Positions 50,351 to 63,060 of a DNA stretch of 64,000 nucleotides are shown here, one piece after another. This DNA comes from Dipteris shenzhenensis (lineage: Eukaryota). A model generated the notes under the pieces. That model was not told the origin of the DNA. It saw nothing but the letters and a program-made list of their open reading frames with translations, and ran no database searches. Both the position numbers and the translations under genes were made by a program. The stretch is from the NCBI GenBank assembly GCA_047967505.1, contig CM106538.1; one strand, 5' to 3'. Positions within the stretch are counted from its first letter, which is position 1. Each line of letters starts with the position of its first letter.

Positions 50351-51739
50351 CATCTAGTTGGTGATTTGAAGACCCACAAGTGCTTGTATGGCTTTGATAT
50401 AGGTGTAGATGCAAAATGGACGTGCTTGTATTGCACCCACTCTCAGAAGATGCAAAAGGGAAGCCTACAGTGGGAAAATGTCATCCTTTCTTGCAACCAA
50501 AGTGCAGCCCCTGATCATCATAAAAAGGATCCTAAGTGGGACCCCATTCTACTAATTCCATTGGAGCGGGTACACGTGTGTACTTTGCATGTTGAACTGC
50601 GTATACTTGATAAGTTACTCTATCTCCATCTAGTTTATGCTTGGAATTTGAGGCTGCATCAAGTATCGACACAATGCATTGCAAAAGCTGAAGAACTACT
50701 CTCACTAATGGGACTTCACGGAGGCAATGTGAAGCATAAGCAGGACAAGAAACAATCAGGAAAGACACAAAATCTTCCTGTAAAGTGTCCATGGGTGGAG
50801 GAAAGGCAAGGAGGTTCTTGTCCAACCACAATGGTGATATAGAAAAACATACATTGGCTCAAAGGACCCTAGGTTGGGAGTACTGGAAAGCTTTGTGTGA
50901 GTGCACTACAAATCAAGCTTCACATCTGCGAATTGCTACTTTGAGAGCAAAACTATGGACAAAGCTTGATGCATTTATAAAGTTGCTTAGACAAGGTTAA
51001 ATAGATGAGCTTTATTATGAGAGATTCAGGACAACATTGGGAGAATTCATATCATTGATGGTAGAAGCATGGGGGGAGTCACATCTTACACATTACATGG
51101 TTATCCTCCTTAGGCTGAAATTTTGTGCTTGAAACTTGATTTAGTTTATGTTTCTAATATGATGTTTTTCTTTACAGCATATTCTTTACGCACATGCACC
51201 ATGGTTTGTGGAGCAATGGGGCCCTCTGTCCATTTGGAATACTCAAGGAATGGAGAAATTGCACCACACAACAAAGGCAACATACTTCAAGAACACAAGG
51301 CATGGGGGTGGTATCACACAAAGCAATGCACTACACGAAATGTTCGACTGGTTTTATAGATGTCTAGAGGCCAGGACTCTCAAGCACGATAAGGTAGAGG
51401 TCTCAAGTCTCGCAAAAGTGGTTCAACATGTCAAGAAGACAAGGAGATGTGCTGCTTGGAAGTCCTCAATAGGGAGCGAAGGGGTTGTGCTTTGGTTGCA
51501 ACGTAGTCAGACAGGGGAGGCATTGGGTCCTAAGAGAACCCCAAATGTAAAATGTTTGATGAATAAAGTTAACACTATTTTGAGTTAATTATAGATTCCA
51601 AAATTCATAAATTTGTTTGGAAATTGCAAAATTGCATGTGCGACATGGCAAGGCGGAGGGGTGGGTGGTTTGGGAGGGAGGGTGGTGAAGATTAAGCATT
51701 ACCGAATTGGTGACAAAAGACTGGGGGGGAGGGGGTGCA

Positions 51740-51830
51740 CTCAAAAACCCTAATTTAAAAGGGCCTATAAATAAAAACCCTAAAGTTCTTTAAAAAAGAC
51801 TATATAAAGCACTTCAAAGCCCTAAAATCC
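51740..51830 (+). promoter_or_regulatory. Putative promoter of the H3-like gene
   Basis: Two telo-boxes AAACCCTAA (about 51745 and 51775), TATAAATA (51766) and TATATAAA (51801), about 100-150 bp before ATG 51912. Confidence 0.5.
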
Positions 51831-51911
51831 CTCATTTCTGTGGCACGAGTTAAACAAACTACTAGACTCATTGGACGTCGCTTAGATGCTACCCGCTCTC
51901 CTCACAATTCC

Positions 51912-53090
51912 ATGGCCTTCGAACACACTACAAGAACCAGTGGCCAAGAGGGCAATGATTAGCAAGGATCTAAATGCGGTTCTCATCATCATGAGTCCTA
52001 GCAACACGAGTCCTCACCATCTGATTCTCATTGGGGATCCCAGGGATCTTAGCACCATGAGGAATCCCAGCATGATGAAGGATCCAAGCACGATCAGGGG
52101 TCCTCTCAGTCCTTCCACACAACTAACCGTGGAAGTAGAGAGGTCTCCCAGGAGGGACAAAATAGTCCAATCAATCGTGATCAACTACCCTTCCCTCCTC
52201 TGTGGGGTCCTGCCATGGAGCATTTAGACCAACAAGGGGAGCAAGAAAGGCAAAGCGAGGAGATGGAGAGATTAAAAGGGCCACAACAAGAGGAAGTATT
52301 TGGTGAGCTCACAGATATAATGAACCTTGGCCCCAATCATCCAACCAAGCAGACCGCACGAAAGAGGACCCCCTTTGTGCCTTAGGATGGTCACATATGA
52401 GGAGCCTCTAGTACGAGCTGAGCAAGAGCCTCAACCTACTGTCTCACAGCCTCATCAAAAGGAAAAGGGAACAAGGACAAAGCAGACCCCTAGGCGCGAT
52501 AGGCCACCTCGAAGGACCCACCAGATATAGGAAGAGGAGTCTAAAGAGGAGGTTGCAAGGGAGGAGAGGCAAAAGAAGTTCAAAGTGGACAAGCAGCCAT
52601 GGATCCATGTCCAGGGGCTGGCCCCCAAAGATTAAGAGGTGCAAAAAATCAGGCGTGAAGGCACTTCAAGAGATCCGACACAGGAAGAGGAGTCTAAAGA
52701 GGAGGTTGCAAGGGAGGAGAGGTGAAAGAAGTTCAAAGTGGACAAGCAGCCATGGATCCATGTCCAGGGGCTGGCCCCCAAAGATTAAGAGGTGCAAAAA
52801 ATCAGGCGTGAAGGCACTTCAAGAGATACAAGTTCCAAACCACTGTGGACAATCTCATTCACCGTGCACCCTTCTAGTGTGTTGTACGTGAAATAGCACA
52901 TCATCACAAGGATGATATGTGTTTCACTTCAGGTGCTATGGGAGCAATTCAGGAGGCAATGGAGCAGATGATAGTAGGTCTTTTTGAAGACGTGAACTTA
53001 TGTGCTATCCATGCCAAAAGAGTAACAATGATGGACAAGGACCTTGCACTCGCCAAGCACATCTGCTCTAATCCCTTCCTTAGGCCCTAG
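51912..53090 (+). pseudogene. Divergent histone H3-like pseudogene with long N-terminal extension
   Basis: [86 protein letters not shown] is an H3 histone fold. TKQTARKRT at 52344 and RTKQTPRR at 52474; 153 bp tandem duplication at about 52527-52830; intronless. Confidence 0.92.
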
Positions 53091-53334
53091 ATGTTGTTTA
53101 GCTCATTTGGTGTAATCTGAATCATTTTGTAATCTCAATACAACATAGTGTACATGTAGCTATATCGTGTGCACTCCTCTCTCCCTCTCTCTCTCACACA
53201 AGGAGTGATGATATGGAGTGTTACAACTATTCCAAAACACATTTATGGAGCTTTATGTTCAATACAACATAGTGTACATGTAGCTATATCGTGTCCACTC
53301 CTCTCTCTCTTTCTCTCTCTCCCTCCCTCCCTCC

Positions 53335-53394
<60 letters not shown>

Positions 53395-53744
53395 ATTAGC
53401 GACCTTATCCTTGTAAATTTTCATCGTTATACTTTCCCTTTATAATGTATTTGATCTTTTTTCATTCCAAAAATGAAAAAATGTTTCCTTTCTTTATTTA
53501 AGAAGATTTATTTTTCTTTCTTACCAAATCAATAGAAATGTTGCCTTTGAGAGTATAGGGTTCCTATCTAGATTAGTTGGAAAAAGCATAAGAACTATTC
53601 TCATGAGATAAAGTAAATTCATAATCTATGTTGATTTGTTCTTGTTGTATTATTGTTGTTGCTTATTAGTGTTTACCCAAAGATAATTTTAAAAGAAGCC
53701 TTTTGTCTCGAATTGTGTGTGGATGTGCACTTGGGTCACATGAT

Positions 53745-56700
53745 GTTGTCATTTTGCCTAAATATATGCTTGGCCAAAAGGATTTTTTATATTTTAACTT
53801 TTTGATGTGCCTTATTCTATTAGTTATTACCTCTAATCATCCCCTTCATAATGATTATAAATATTTTCTTTAATAAACACCAATACACCCCATTATCCAA
53901 ACATCTATACCAAACATTAGTTTTGCCAAGAAGAACAAGTACTATATAAACAAAGAAAAGCAACCATGTCAACTAGGTTTGAACAAAATTGAGAAATCAT
54001 TTCAAAAAGTTTTCATTATATGGGTACATGTATGGGTGTGTGAATAGGTTCTTTGTATGCGTATGTGTATGGGTTTTTTAATTAAAAATATTTTGATAAA
54101 AATTTATTTTATTGGATTCTAGTTAATATAAAATTAATGTGTGTGTCTGTGTGTGTGTGTACATGTCTAGGGGTTGTGGATGCATGAGAGAATTGGTGGT
54201 AAAGCTAAAGGAAAAAACAAAATCTAATGCTGTTAATAGATTGGTTAACAATACGCCACCGCTGGTTAAGTGATGTGATTTGATGGTGGACAATGGCGAG
54301 TCCGCAGAGCTTGGATTGTGTCTTGGAGCTACATGGGCCCAAGAGGATGGTAAAAGAATGAGAAGGGAGAGTGGTATAAACAAATTAGGTTGGCCCTCCC
54401 TTCAAAAGGTGACTTATATAAAAGGCCAAATGGTTGACTTTGGTCTTCATTGTTGTTTGCACAAGTTTGAATACAAGCTCCCTCTTCTCTTCCAAGAGAG
54501 TGTTTTGGGTGTTCTCTTGTTTCCATTGTAGTGCCCTTATGTTGCCACTCCATCCCCCTTCACTCTGCTCTTCCCTTCTCCTTCTCCCTCCCTTCTCCCC
54601 TCTCTTCTCCCCTCTTCCCTTCCCTCTTTCTCGCATGGAAACACATTGCAACAATCCGGAGGCCACTTGAGTGACACTTGCGGATGACTCATGCCTTTCA
54701 TTGCTCTCACAAGGAGTAGCTTGGAGTAGAAGCTCCATCGGCATCTCTTCAACATTCCCATGTCACACGAGTCACACCACTTAGACCACACATTTTTTGT
54801 GGTTGCTGCTGGGGAATAAAGGTATGCTTTTGCATTGCACTTGTCTTCCTTCGTTATCTACCCATTGCACAAGGCTTCAAGCTTAACTTGGAGATTTGTT
54901 AGTGGAGTTGTAGGAGAAGAGAGAGGGAGGAAGTGAGAGGTTTGGATGGAAAAGTAGGAAAACTTTTTTTTTTTGTTGGAAAGTCATTTTGGAGCATTTG
55001 AAGCTTGTTTTTTATGCTTTTTAGTGTTTTGAGTTGATAGGATTTTAGTGTGTGATACCATCTTGTCAACCTCCATACCTACCTTGGCATCCTCAGGGTC
55101 ATCAAGCTCAAAGTTCAATTCTCACTCATTGCAAGATCCACCACCAGCTGAATTATCCAGCTCGGAAGAGTCCATGAGTCAAGATAGAGACATGGGTGAA
55201 CCCTCTAATGTTGGAGCGTCAGTGGCTCTGAACTCCATCCCCATTAATCTCCACTCTCCTACTCCATCTACCACAGCAACTACATTAAGGGAAACCTTTT
55301 CCAATATCATGGGAAGGATTGGATTGACAGACCCAATAGAGTGGCTAAACCCATTTGCTGGTCGGGACTAGGGCAATGTCAAAGGCTCAAAAGCTAGCCC
55401 AACCACCGATGTCAGAAGCAATACTCAGGGAGCCAAGTCCCACAATACCTAATGGCAATCAACCCCCGTCGTACCAATTCTTTGATGATACACAATCCTA
55501 TGGGGATGGATTTGGACCCACATTCTCACAAGGGTCCCAAATGCTAGAGCAAAGGGGGCAGAGGAGTAACCTTGAAGGCTCACAATTAAGACCCTCCACC
55601 TTAGAATCCCCTATGATGCCTCCTTGGCAACAAAACATGGGAGATATTCTCTACCCAACAAGTGTCCCTTATAGTCCTATTCCTACAAGGAACATACCAC
55701 TCACTAGAGGACCTCTAGTCCAACTTGTTAGGCCCAACCTGACCCAAGTCACAATGCCAATGCCTAGTGGGCTTGGATCCTCCCATCCCAACCTCATGCC
55801 ATCAAATCCATGGAACCCTTCATTAGGATCACCAATGTATGGGACATTGCCCACCATTCCACAACCTCCTCTTGTATCGCCAATGGTCCTTATAGATGAA
55901 GCTATGAGAATCATAGTGCAAGCACCACCGCTCCACCACCAATGTTTCTAGGATGGGATACCAATCCCTCAAGGAGCAAGCCTATCACAATCTCCAAGTT
56001 AATCACCAAGTTTGTAGGAGAAGGAGACCCAGTCTCCCATGTTGAGAGGTTTGAACAAATATGTGACACCTTTGGTGATATTGGGGATCTAGACAAGGTC
56101 AATGCTTTTAGCTTGAGTCTTGATGGCAAGGCTGGACAATGGTTTAGAGCCTTAAACCCTAAGGAGAAAATAAATTGGGACACATTGTGTAGATCTTTCA
56201 TTCTGGGGTTTGCCCCCAGTGGTCCCAAGTGGAGCCCGCTTAACCAGCTTTATGATGAGAGGATGATGTGCAGCTTCTGCCACGCTTCCTCATAGGGCTA
56301 TGAGATGCTAAGCTGCATGATCATCTGTTTGCTATGAATCTCACATCATTTGAGCTATGCAGCAAGACCACGTTACACCTAGGGGATAACATGAGGGAGA
56401 TGCCCCAAAAGGATAGATCCTTAGCTTCCTCTAATATGTCTCGAATAGCACAAGCTTCAACCTTAGAAGCAACTAGGGGTGCAAGCATGATGCCCAAAGT
56501 GCTCAACATGAAAGAGTTGGCCACAGATCTATTAAACAAGTTGAGCCAACAATGGAATATAGAAGCACCAAAAGATGCTCCTAGCAACCCCCATCTCTTT
56601 CCACAAAGAGATAACATATGGTGTGGGGTATGCACTGGAAGTCATCTGACCAAGGAATGCCCTCGTCTTTTAGAACTAGGCTAACACTCTACTGTGCCCA

Positions 56701-59550
56701 TTGTGATTGTTGGGGAAATCATGACACATCCCAATGTCACTATTCTAGGGTGATTCCTCAACCAATGTATCAACAAAGGCCGCATCTACCATTTCGTACA
56801 CCACCCAATCCACCGAATCAGGAACAATTAGCAATACAAGGAGCCACATCAGCCAATCAAGCTCAATATAGGACTCAAAATATTCCATTACCCTTGCCAG
56901 TACTGGGATTGAACCACCACCACCACCACGAATTACTCCCTTGAATCAAGTATTGGTGGAAGAACTACCTAGTGATTGGGGAGACCCCCAACCTACCTTT
57001 AGTGGAAACAAATATCCCCAAAATGGTGACAGTGCAAATCGGTCCAACATTATAAGTCACCACATTATACAAGGTGAACAATACATTCCGATCTCCTAGA
57101 CGGATTTGATTCCTCAAAAAATGGGATATATGAACTTGACCAAGACACAATCCATTCAATGCCATATGTGTCAGGGGTCAGACCCTGCCAATGAGTGTCC
57201 ATATAAGGGGCAATCTAAGCAACCAATCACATGTGCACTGGCATCTAATACACCCCCGCCATCGTGCACTAGGTGTGGTGTGGACCATCTCTTTAAGGAT
57301 TGCTCTATGAGAAGGCCATCTAAGTCCACAAGCCTTAACTTGTTAAGCATTGAGAGAGGCCAAGTGTCATTAGTATCCTTGAATGTAATCACGAGGCTGC
57401 AAGCTAAATCTCTTAATAAAGAGATTTGCAAACAAGCCAAAAGGGATAAAGCTAGTACGTCACATCCTAGAGGGGCAACTAAATCAGCACGAGTAAGCAC
57501 CAAGGGTGCAATGAAGATTGGGAAGGGACAAAACAAGGTCATCATCCAAGATCGGATGAAGATACAACGTCCCTACCGACATCATCTTCCTCTGATGATA
57601 CTCTCTCAAATGGTACCAACAATAACCACTCGCATGGAGACAAATGAGGCACCGATAACGGCTTCAACCCATGGCCAAGCCACAACACCGAAGGGTCACA
57701 GTGGATATTCCAACCCATGGGTGGGGAAACAAGGTCTCACTGAGGTGCATAAATTGGTACACAAGTGCCAAGAGGAATTTCAGTAGAGTCTCAAGGCAAG
57801 CAAGAGTACAGATACAATTCATCCTAGATATGAGATAAATGCTCGAGCCTCAAAAGCCTTGCAAATACCTAAAAGGGTAGAGGAAGAAGGTGTGTCATGC
57901 CCTTCAACAGAGGGATCCACCCTAAGGCAACGGATGTTTGAAGAAGACCCTGCCTTGCAACAACTAAAGGAGGATGATAACATGTCCTTATATGGCTTAG
58001 AAGAGTCTAAATCAATAGGCACACAATCTACAGGATTAGCTTCATTCTGTCCACTAAGATCAAGATACCCATCACAAGACTATTACGGGGTAATCCTACT
58101 CTATGGAGGGACCTCTTGGATTAGATGAATGGGCAAATGGTGACACTCCAACCCACAAATCCTGATACTGTTGAATCTCCCAATCATCCTCAAGACCTTC
58201 CAAGGGTGCTAGTCAACAAATTGGGCCAATATTTTGAGAGCGATGACACGAATGCAGTGATACCCATCTCCTTCTGTGATAAGAAAGCTATGGCAATCTT
58301 AGATGGAGGAGCAGGTAGTAGCATCATCCACGAAACAATGCTGGGAAAAGTGGGGAAGTCCTGACTAAGAAAGTACTTCCTTGATAGTTGAGTTAGTTGA
58401 TGAAGGCATGACTCATCCCATAGGAGTACTCAAGGACATTAAAATCAAAACCTGCGGTCTCACATATTGGGTGTGCCTTGTTGTAATGGATTTCCAAAAC
58501 AACCCTGGATATGAGTATATTCTAGTGAGACCTTTCTTGCATATGGCAGGATTGATCCATGATTGCACTCCTCCAACATTTATCTAAGGAAATATCAGCT
58601 AGTCGTGAGGGTTGATCTATGGATATGGAGGGCTCACACTATGTCTGCAAATCTATTTGTGGTTGATTCAGATACCACCGATAGGTCTGTGCCAGTAAAG
58701 CTAGTTAAAAATATGAGAAAGAGGATAGTGACAAGAGTCTTGATGAACCGTGGTGTGCCCCCTTACCAGAACTAGAAGATGCACATGATTGGATGCATAC
58801 ATTGGCGGCAATAGATCCACCAATTACTAAGGGCGCTCAGACAATGTACCTTGATGATGAACAATTCAGCTCCATTACACCTTTTTACACCATAAGAGCG
58901 GTACTACTAGTCAAAATGAATTAGGAATTGACAATGCCCTTGATCCTAACAAGATAGATAGGACTCCATCTCAACTTTGTGTAGAGCTAACATCAGTAGA
59001 TGCAACATGCTGAATACAGGCTAGGGTAGATGGGTGAGCAAGCCACAACCTCATCTTCTGGGAGACATTAAAGCATCTTGGCTAGGTACGCCTTCAAGCA
59101 TGTGATTCTAAAATTCAATCCATAGAGGGTACCTATATTAAGGTTATTGGTTCTTCAATGTTAAATGTTTCCTTCGACAATTAAATTGTGCCTTGCAAGT
59201 TTTTTGTAGCTCCTACAAGTACCTTAACTAAAGCTGCCATTCTTGGTAAAAGCTGGATCCAAGACACGCACACAGGGTTAGTCGGTGATGAATCATCCCA
59301 TGATGCACCAATTGCTAGCCAAGGATCAATATCAACAACTACTTCCACCTCCCCACCTCGATGAGGATGCCACCAAGGAAGAAGATGAAGACAAAAGGCA
59401 ACCACGCAAATATGGGTTTGAAAGGATCTATTGAAGGATCAAGGATACTTTGAGGGTGAATCATATTTTTGGATTCCAAAGAGACCTCAACAAATGAAGC
59501 CACCCCCTCCTTAGTCTGCAAGAAGCTCAAGAGGGGTCAATTGGTGTTAG
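53745..59550 (+). mobile_element. Decayed Gypsy remnant: LTR-like region, gag, zinc knuckles, two protease-like domains; no RT
   Basis: Putative LTR end at 54792 (start uncertain), PBS-like TGGTTGCTGCTGGGGAAT (54800); KFVGEGDPVSHVERFEQIC..SLDGKAGQWF (gag); CGVCTGSHLTKEC, CTRCGVDHLFKDC; AILDGGAGSSII. Confidence 0.85.
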
Positions 59551-59666
59551 AGTCCACCTGCTCAATCAGTTTCACCGCCAAGGCCATCTCTTCGGTCAAG
59601 GAAGGCCATTTGGAGGGGCACCAAACGTTGGAGGCGCTAGGATGGCTGTGGCAGCTGCTGTGATTA

Positions 59667-62512
59667 TGGCGGGTCAGATCAAGTATGCTAAGTTTTTGGG
59701 GCAAAAATCAAACGACCCCAATGCGCATGTCTGGCTATTTGAAAAGGCATATTAGATCAACAATCTGGGAGCTATGGTACCACTCCGACAAGAGGTGATT
59801 TTTGAGTCAAATTTATCGAGCAAGGCGGCACGCTGGTTGGCAGAGTACGCAGTGAACCATTTCACCACATATGATGTGGCCCGTGATGCATTCTTGAGAC
59901 GGTTTCGTCGAGAAAAAATGATTCCGCAAACTCTAGATAGATTGCACTGCTTAGAGCAAGGAGATCAGGATGTGGAAGGTTATGCATCCAAATTCAATTT
60001 ACACTTCCAACGTGTGCCTGCTGCTCAAAGCCCTGCTCAGGAGGTACTCAGTAACTACTTCATTTTGGGGCTATCATGGGATCTGCGGACGACATTGGCC
60101 ACAGTGGATCAGACACAGACAATGCTCGTAGTGATCATGGCACAAGCAATGCGAGCAGGGGAGTCACTCTACGGGAGGACATCCAAGAATCGCAAATCCG
60201 CGAAGAGTAACCAAGAAGAAAATGTCAAAATCTAAGGAGTCAGATGACAGTGATGAAGATTTGGATGTGACTAGTTCGGACGGAAGCTTCGAAGGTACCA
60301 GTTCGGAGGATTTCAACTTGGAAACAGAGATGAAGACCCAGAGAGCCTCTAAAGGGGGTAAGGGCATGCTAGTGGCTTTTGAAGAAGGATCCATACCTAA
60401 AGGCTTGAAGGGTATATTGTGCACTCACTACCGAAATCCTGGTCACTCCGCAATTGAGTGTGCTCTTAACGTGAATTGGTGCGTGATTTGCTTGACTAAT
60501 ACATACAACATGGTGGGATGCCACTACAATGGGCATGGCCAGAGAGTGCAGCAAGATGCAGCTACATCTTTTGTTCAAGAAGAGCTGCAGCAACAAGCAT
60601 TTTAGCCCCAGCAACAGACGTTCCAACGAGGCGGAGGCGACGGTGGCCGCCATGGATGCAGATGAGGAGGCAGGGGGTTGTGGTCAAAATCAATCGAAAA
60701 CCTGTCTGTTTTACTTGGGCGAAGGCCATTGGCGGAACGAATGCTTAGAGGCTCAGGAATGGGATCAGCAATGCATGGAGAGGCAAAAGATGTCCAGGAA
60801 AATGCCCAGCACTTCGATGGTACACATTATTGATGATGATCCGCTGGTGTGCCCAGAGAATAGCATAATCACCCGTGTTGGCACCAAATTGACTCCCAAG
60901 AACGATGACAAGCTGCTAGACTAGTCAACCCAAGAACACGTTCGATGCCAAGTCTACGAGTTGGTGACGAACGAGCCACCATTGATGTCCCTGGCAGAGT
61001 CTGCAACAACTAGTGAGGCACGTAAGGTGCAATTTGCAGAACTAACTGGTCAATCAGAGGCGGAGACTCAAGCCAAGTTTAAGCTGCACTTACTAGGAAA
61101 TGGTCCAAAGGCGGTCGAAGCAACTCCGCTGTTGGTCGCAAACCAAGCCAAGAGGCGGGCAAATTCTCCGCAAAGGGAGCCGGGGTTGGAGTGCATTTTG
61201 GAGGCTCCTATCCAGATTTCATTGGGCAGATTGCTTAATCTGGCTCCAGGATTCCACCGACAATATGCATTCCCTGCACACAGAGTCTGAACCAGAAGAG
61301 CTGGAGCTATGTAAAGCTGATTCATGCCCAGTTATGGTAGTTCCTTTGACTAACATGAGAATTTCGATGACTTCTACAAAGGCACAAGGTCAGAATTTTG
61401 CTCTGGTGCTAGTGGATGGCAGTTTGGGGGTCAATATCATCACTTTGAAGACCTGCCAAGAAATGGGATGGATGTCCTAGGAGCCGGCACCATTCTTAGT
61501 CTGCATGGCTGATCAACGTCGAGTTCCACCACTCGAAATCTTATGGACCATTGTTCTAGAGGTGGCGGGCATATCATTTGTGGTGTCCTTTGTGGTGCTC
61601 AACATGGAAGCCGCAACACCAGAGTATAATGTCCTCTTGGGTAGGCTTTGGTTGCCGCAAGCAAAAGTCAACCAAATTGGAAGCAGAACGTCATTTCAGT
61701 GCGGAGAGGAAAGAAGAAAGTGCGGGTCACAATGGGAGTGGCGGCACCTTTGGCAGATGTGATACGATCTATGTTGGTTGAGACGGTTAACATGGCATAC
61801 GGATTGGAGGATGATGAGGAGGAAGCCTTTCTCAAAGCAAATCTGGAGTTGTGGTTCCTATCTTCACCATCGATGTGGAAGGCATTATGAACAGTTACGT
61901 GCATCAAAGTTTTCTGGCGGATGTGGCCAGCATTGTTCCAAAGGAGGAGACTGAGCCCCAGCAAGTAGCAGTAAGGCTGAATTCCACAGTGAATTAATTG
62001 CCCTCTTGCGGGAATTTTTTGATGTGTTCACCTGGGACTATGCGGATATGAAGGGTCTGGATCCAAAATTTTACTAGCATCGAGTCAACCTCAAACCAGA
62101 TGTGACTCCGACAAAGATACAGAGGTATTGTATGAATCTGCACGTGGCCAAGCAAGTGCGTGAAGAACTGGAGCATTTGCTGTGGGTGGGATTCATCGCA
62201 TCGATTGAAAATCCAGAGTAGATTTCCCCGATTGTCATTGTGCCAAAGAAAAATAGAAATTGCGAATTTGTGTTGACTATCGCAAGCTGAATGTGGCCAT
62301 AGTACCTAATCCATTTCCCTTACCATACATGGATTCTATGCTCAACAAAATGGCACAGCAAGAGGTGTACTCCTTCTTGGATGGATATAGCGGGTACAAC
62401 CAAATCCGAATGGCTCTGGGGGACTAGCCCAAAACAGTGTTCATCAGTCTCTCTATGTCTGCACGGTCATGTGGTTCGGATTGCAGAATGCTCCTTTGAC
62501 TTTTGTCACGTG
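59667..62512 (+). mobile_element. Third decayed Gypsy: gag, protease, 5' half of RT; both ends missing
   Basis: LSSKAARWL..LEQGDQDVEGYASKF; LVDGSLGVNII..VLLGRLWL; CVDYRKLN..YSFLDGYSGYNQI..FGLQNAP, then truncated. Confidence 0.9.
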
Positions 62513-62739
62513 TGCTTGTAATTAAGAGAGCATTTCTGCTTCTTGTTGGTAGCATTCTGAAATGGAACCATGAGAGGATGTGCGAAACACAATGGAGTTA
62601 GAGTTAAAGCAACAAAAAAAATCAGATTATTATGATGAGCATGCACCATGTAGCTTGCATTCTATGCTTTGTTGCTACACTATCAACTATGAATCACCAC
62701 ATCGTAGGGGAATCTTGCAATGGATCCATGAGAGGGTTT

Positions 62740-63060
62740 GAAAATAGCTTTGCATATTATTTTGAGAAGAAGGACTCAAGGGTTGGAAAGTGAATATGGT
62801 GAGAAGAAGAAGGATTCGAGGGTTGAAAGTCATTATGGTGAGAAGAAGAAGGATTTAGTGTTGGAAAGTGATTTTGGCATGGTTTGGGGGAAGGTGTTGA
62901 ATATTGTGAGAAGAAGAAGGATTCAAGGGTTGGAAAGTGAATATGGTGAGAAGAAGAAAGATTCTAGGGTTGGAAACTAATTATGGTGAGAAGAAGAAGG
63001 ATTTAGTAGTTGGAAAGTGATTTGGGTGCCTAGGCATGGTTTGGGGGAAGGTTTGGAACG
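62740..63060. repeat. About 39 bp tandem repeats, candidate subterminal repeats
   Basis: Repeated GGGTTGGAAAGTGAATATGGTGAGAAGAAGAAGGATT and GGCATGGTTTGGGGGAAGGT. Confidence 0.85.

Larger units (their letters stand above)
47734..51588 (+). pseudogene. RAG1/Transib-like (DDE) transposase pseudogene with introns
   Basis: FVIKMDEAQ (D1); HLVGDLKTHKCLYG..WTCLYC (D2 plus CxxC); HVCTLHVELRILD; THYM^HILYAHAPWFVEQWGPLSIWNTQGMEKLH (His pair plus E). GT-AG introns at about 49091-49182 and 51100-51177; stops, frameshifts, a duplication and a MITE. Confidence 0.78.

Noticed and set aside
52830-53090. Functional host H3 or CENH3 gene
   Set aside because: In-frame stop and frameshift in the fold, strong divergence from canonical H3, and no loop-1 extension.
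53144-53274. CATAGTG (reverse complement of the ProtoRAG-type heptamer CACTATG) twice after the H3-like gene
   Set aside because: Both lie in a local duplication; no matching CAC-type left end or TSD was found.
53391-53410. GCGACCT|TATC as an alternative right end of the transposase-H3 element
   Set aside because: Only about 5 of 7 nt match the left end, and no internal blocks are shared; the 63.2 kb candidate is better supported.
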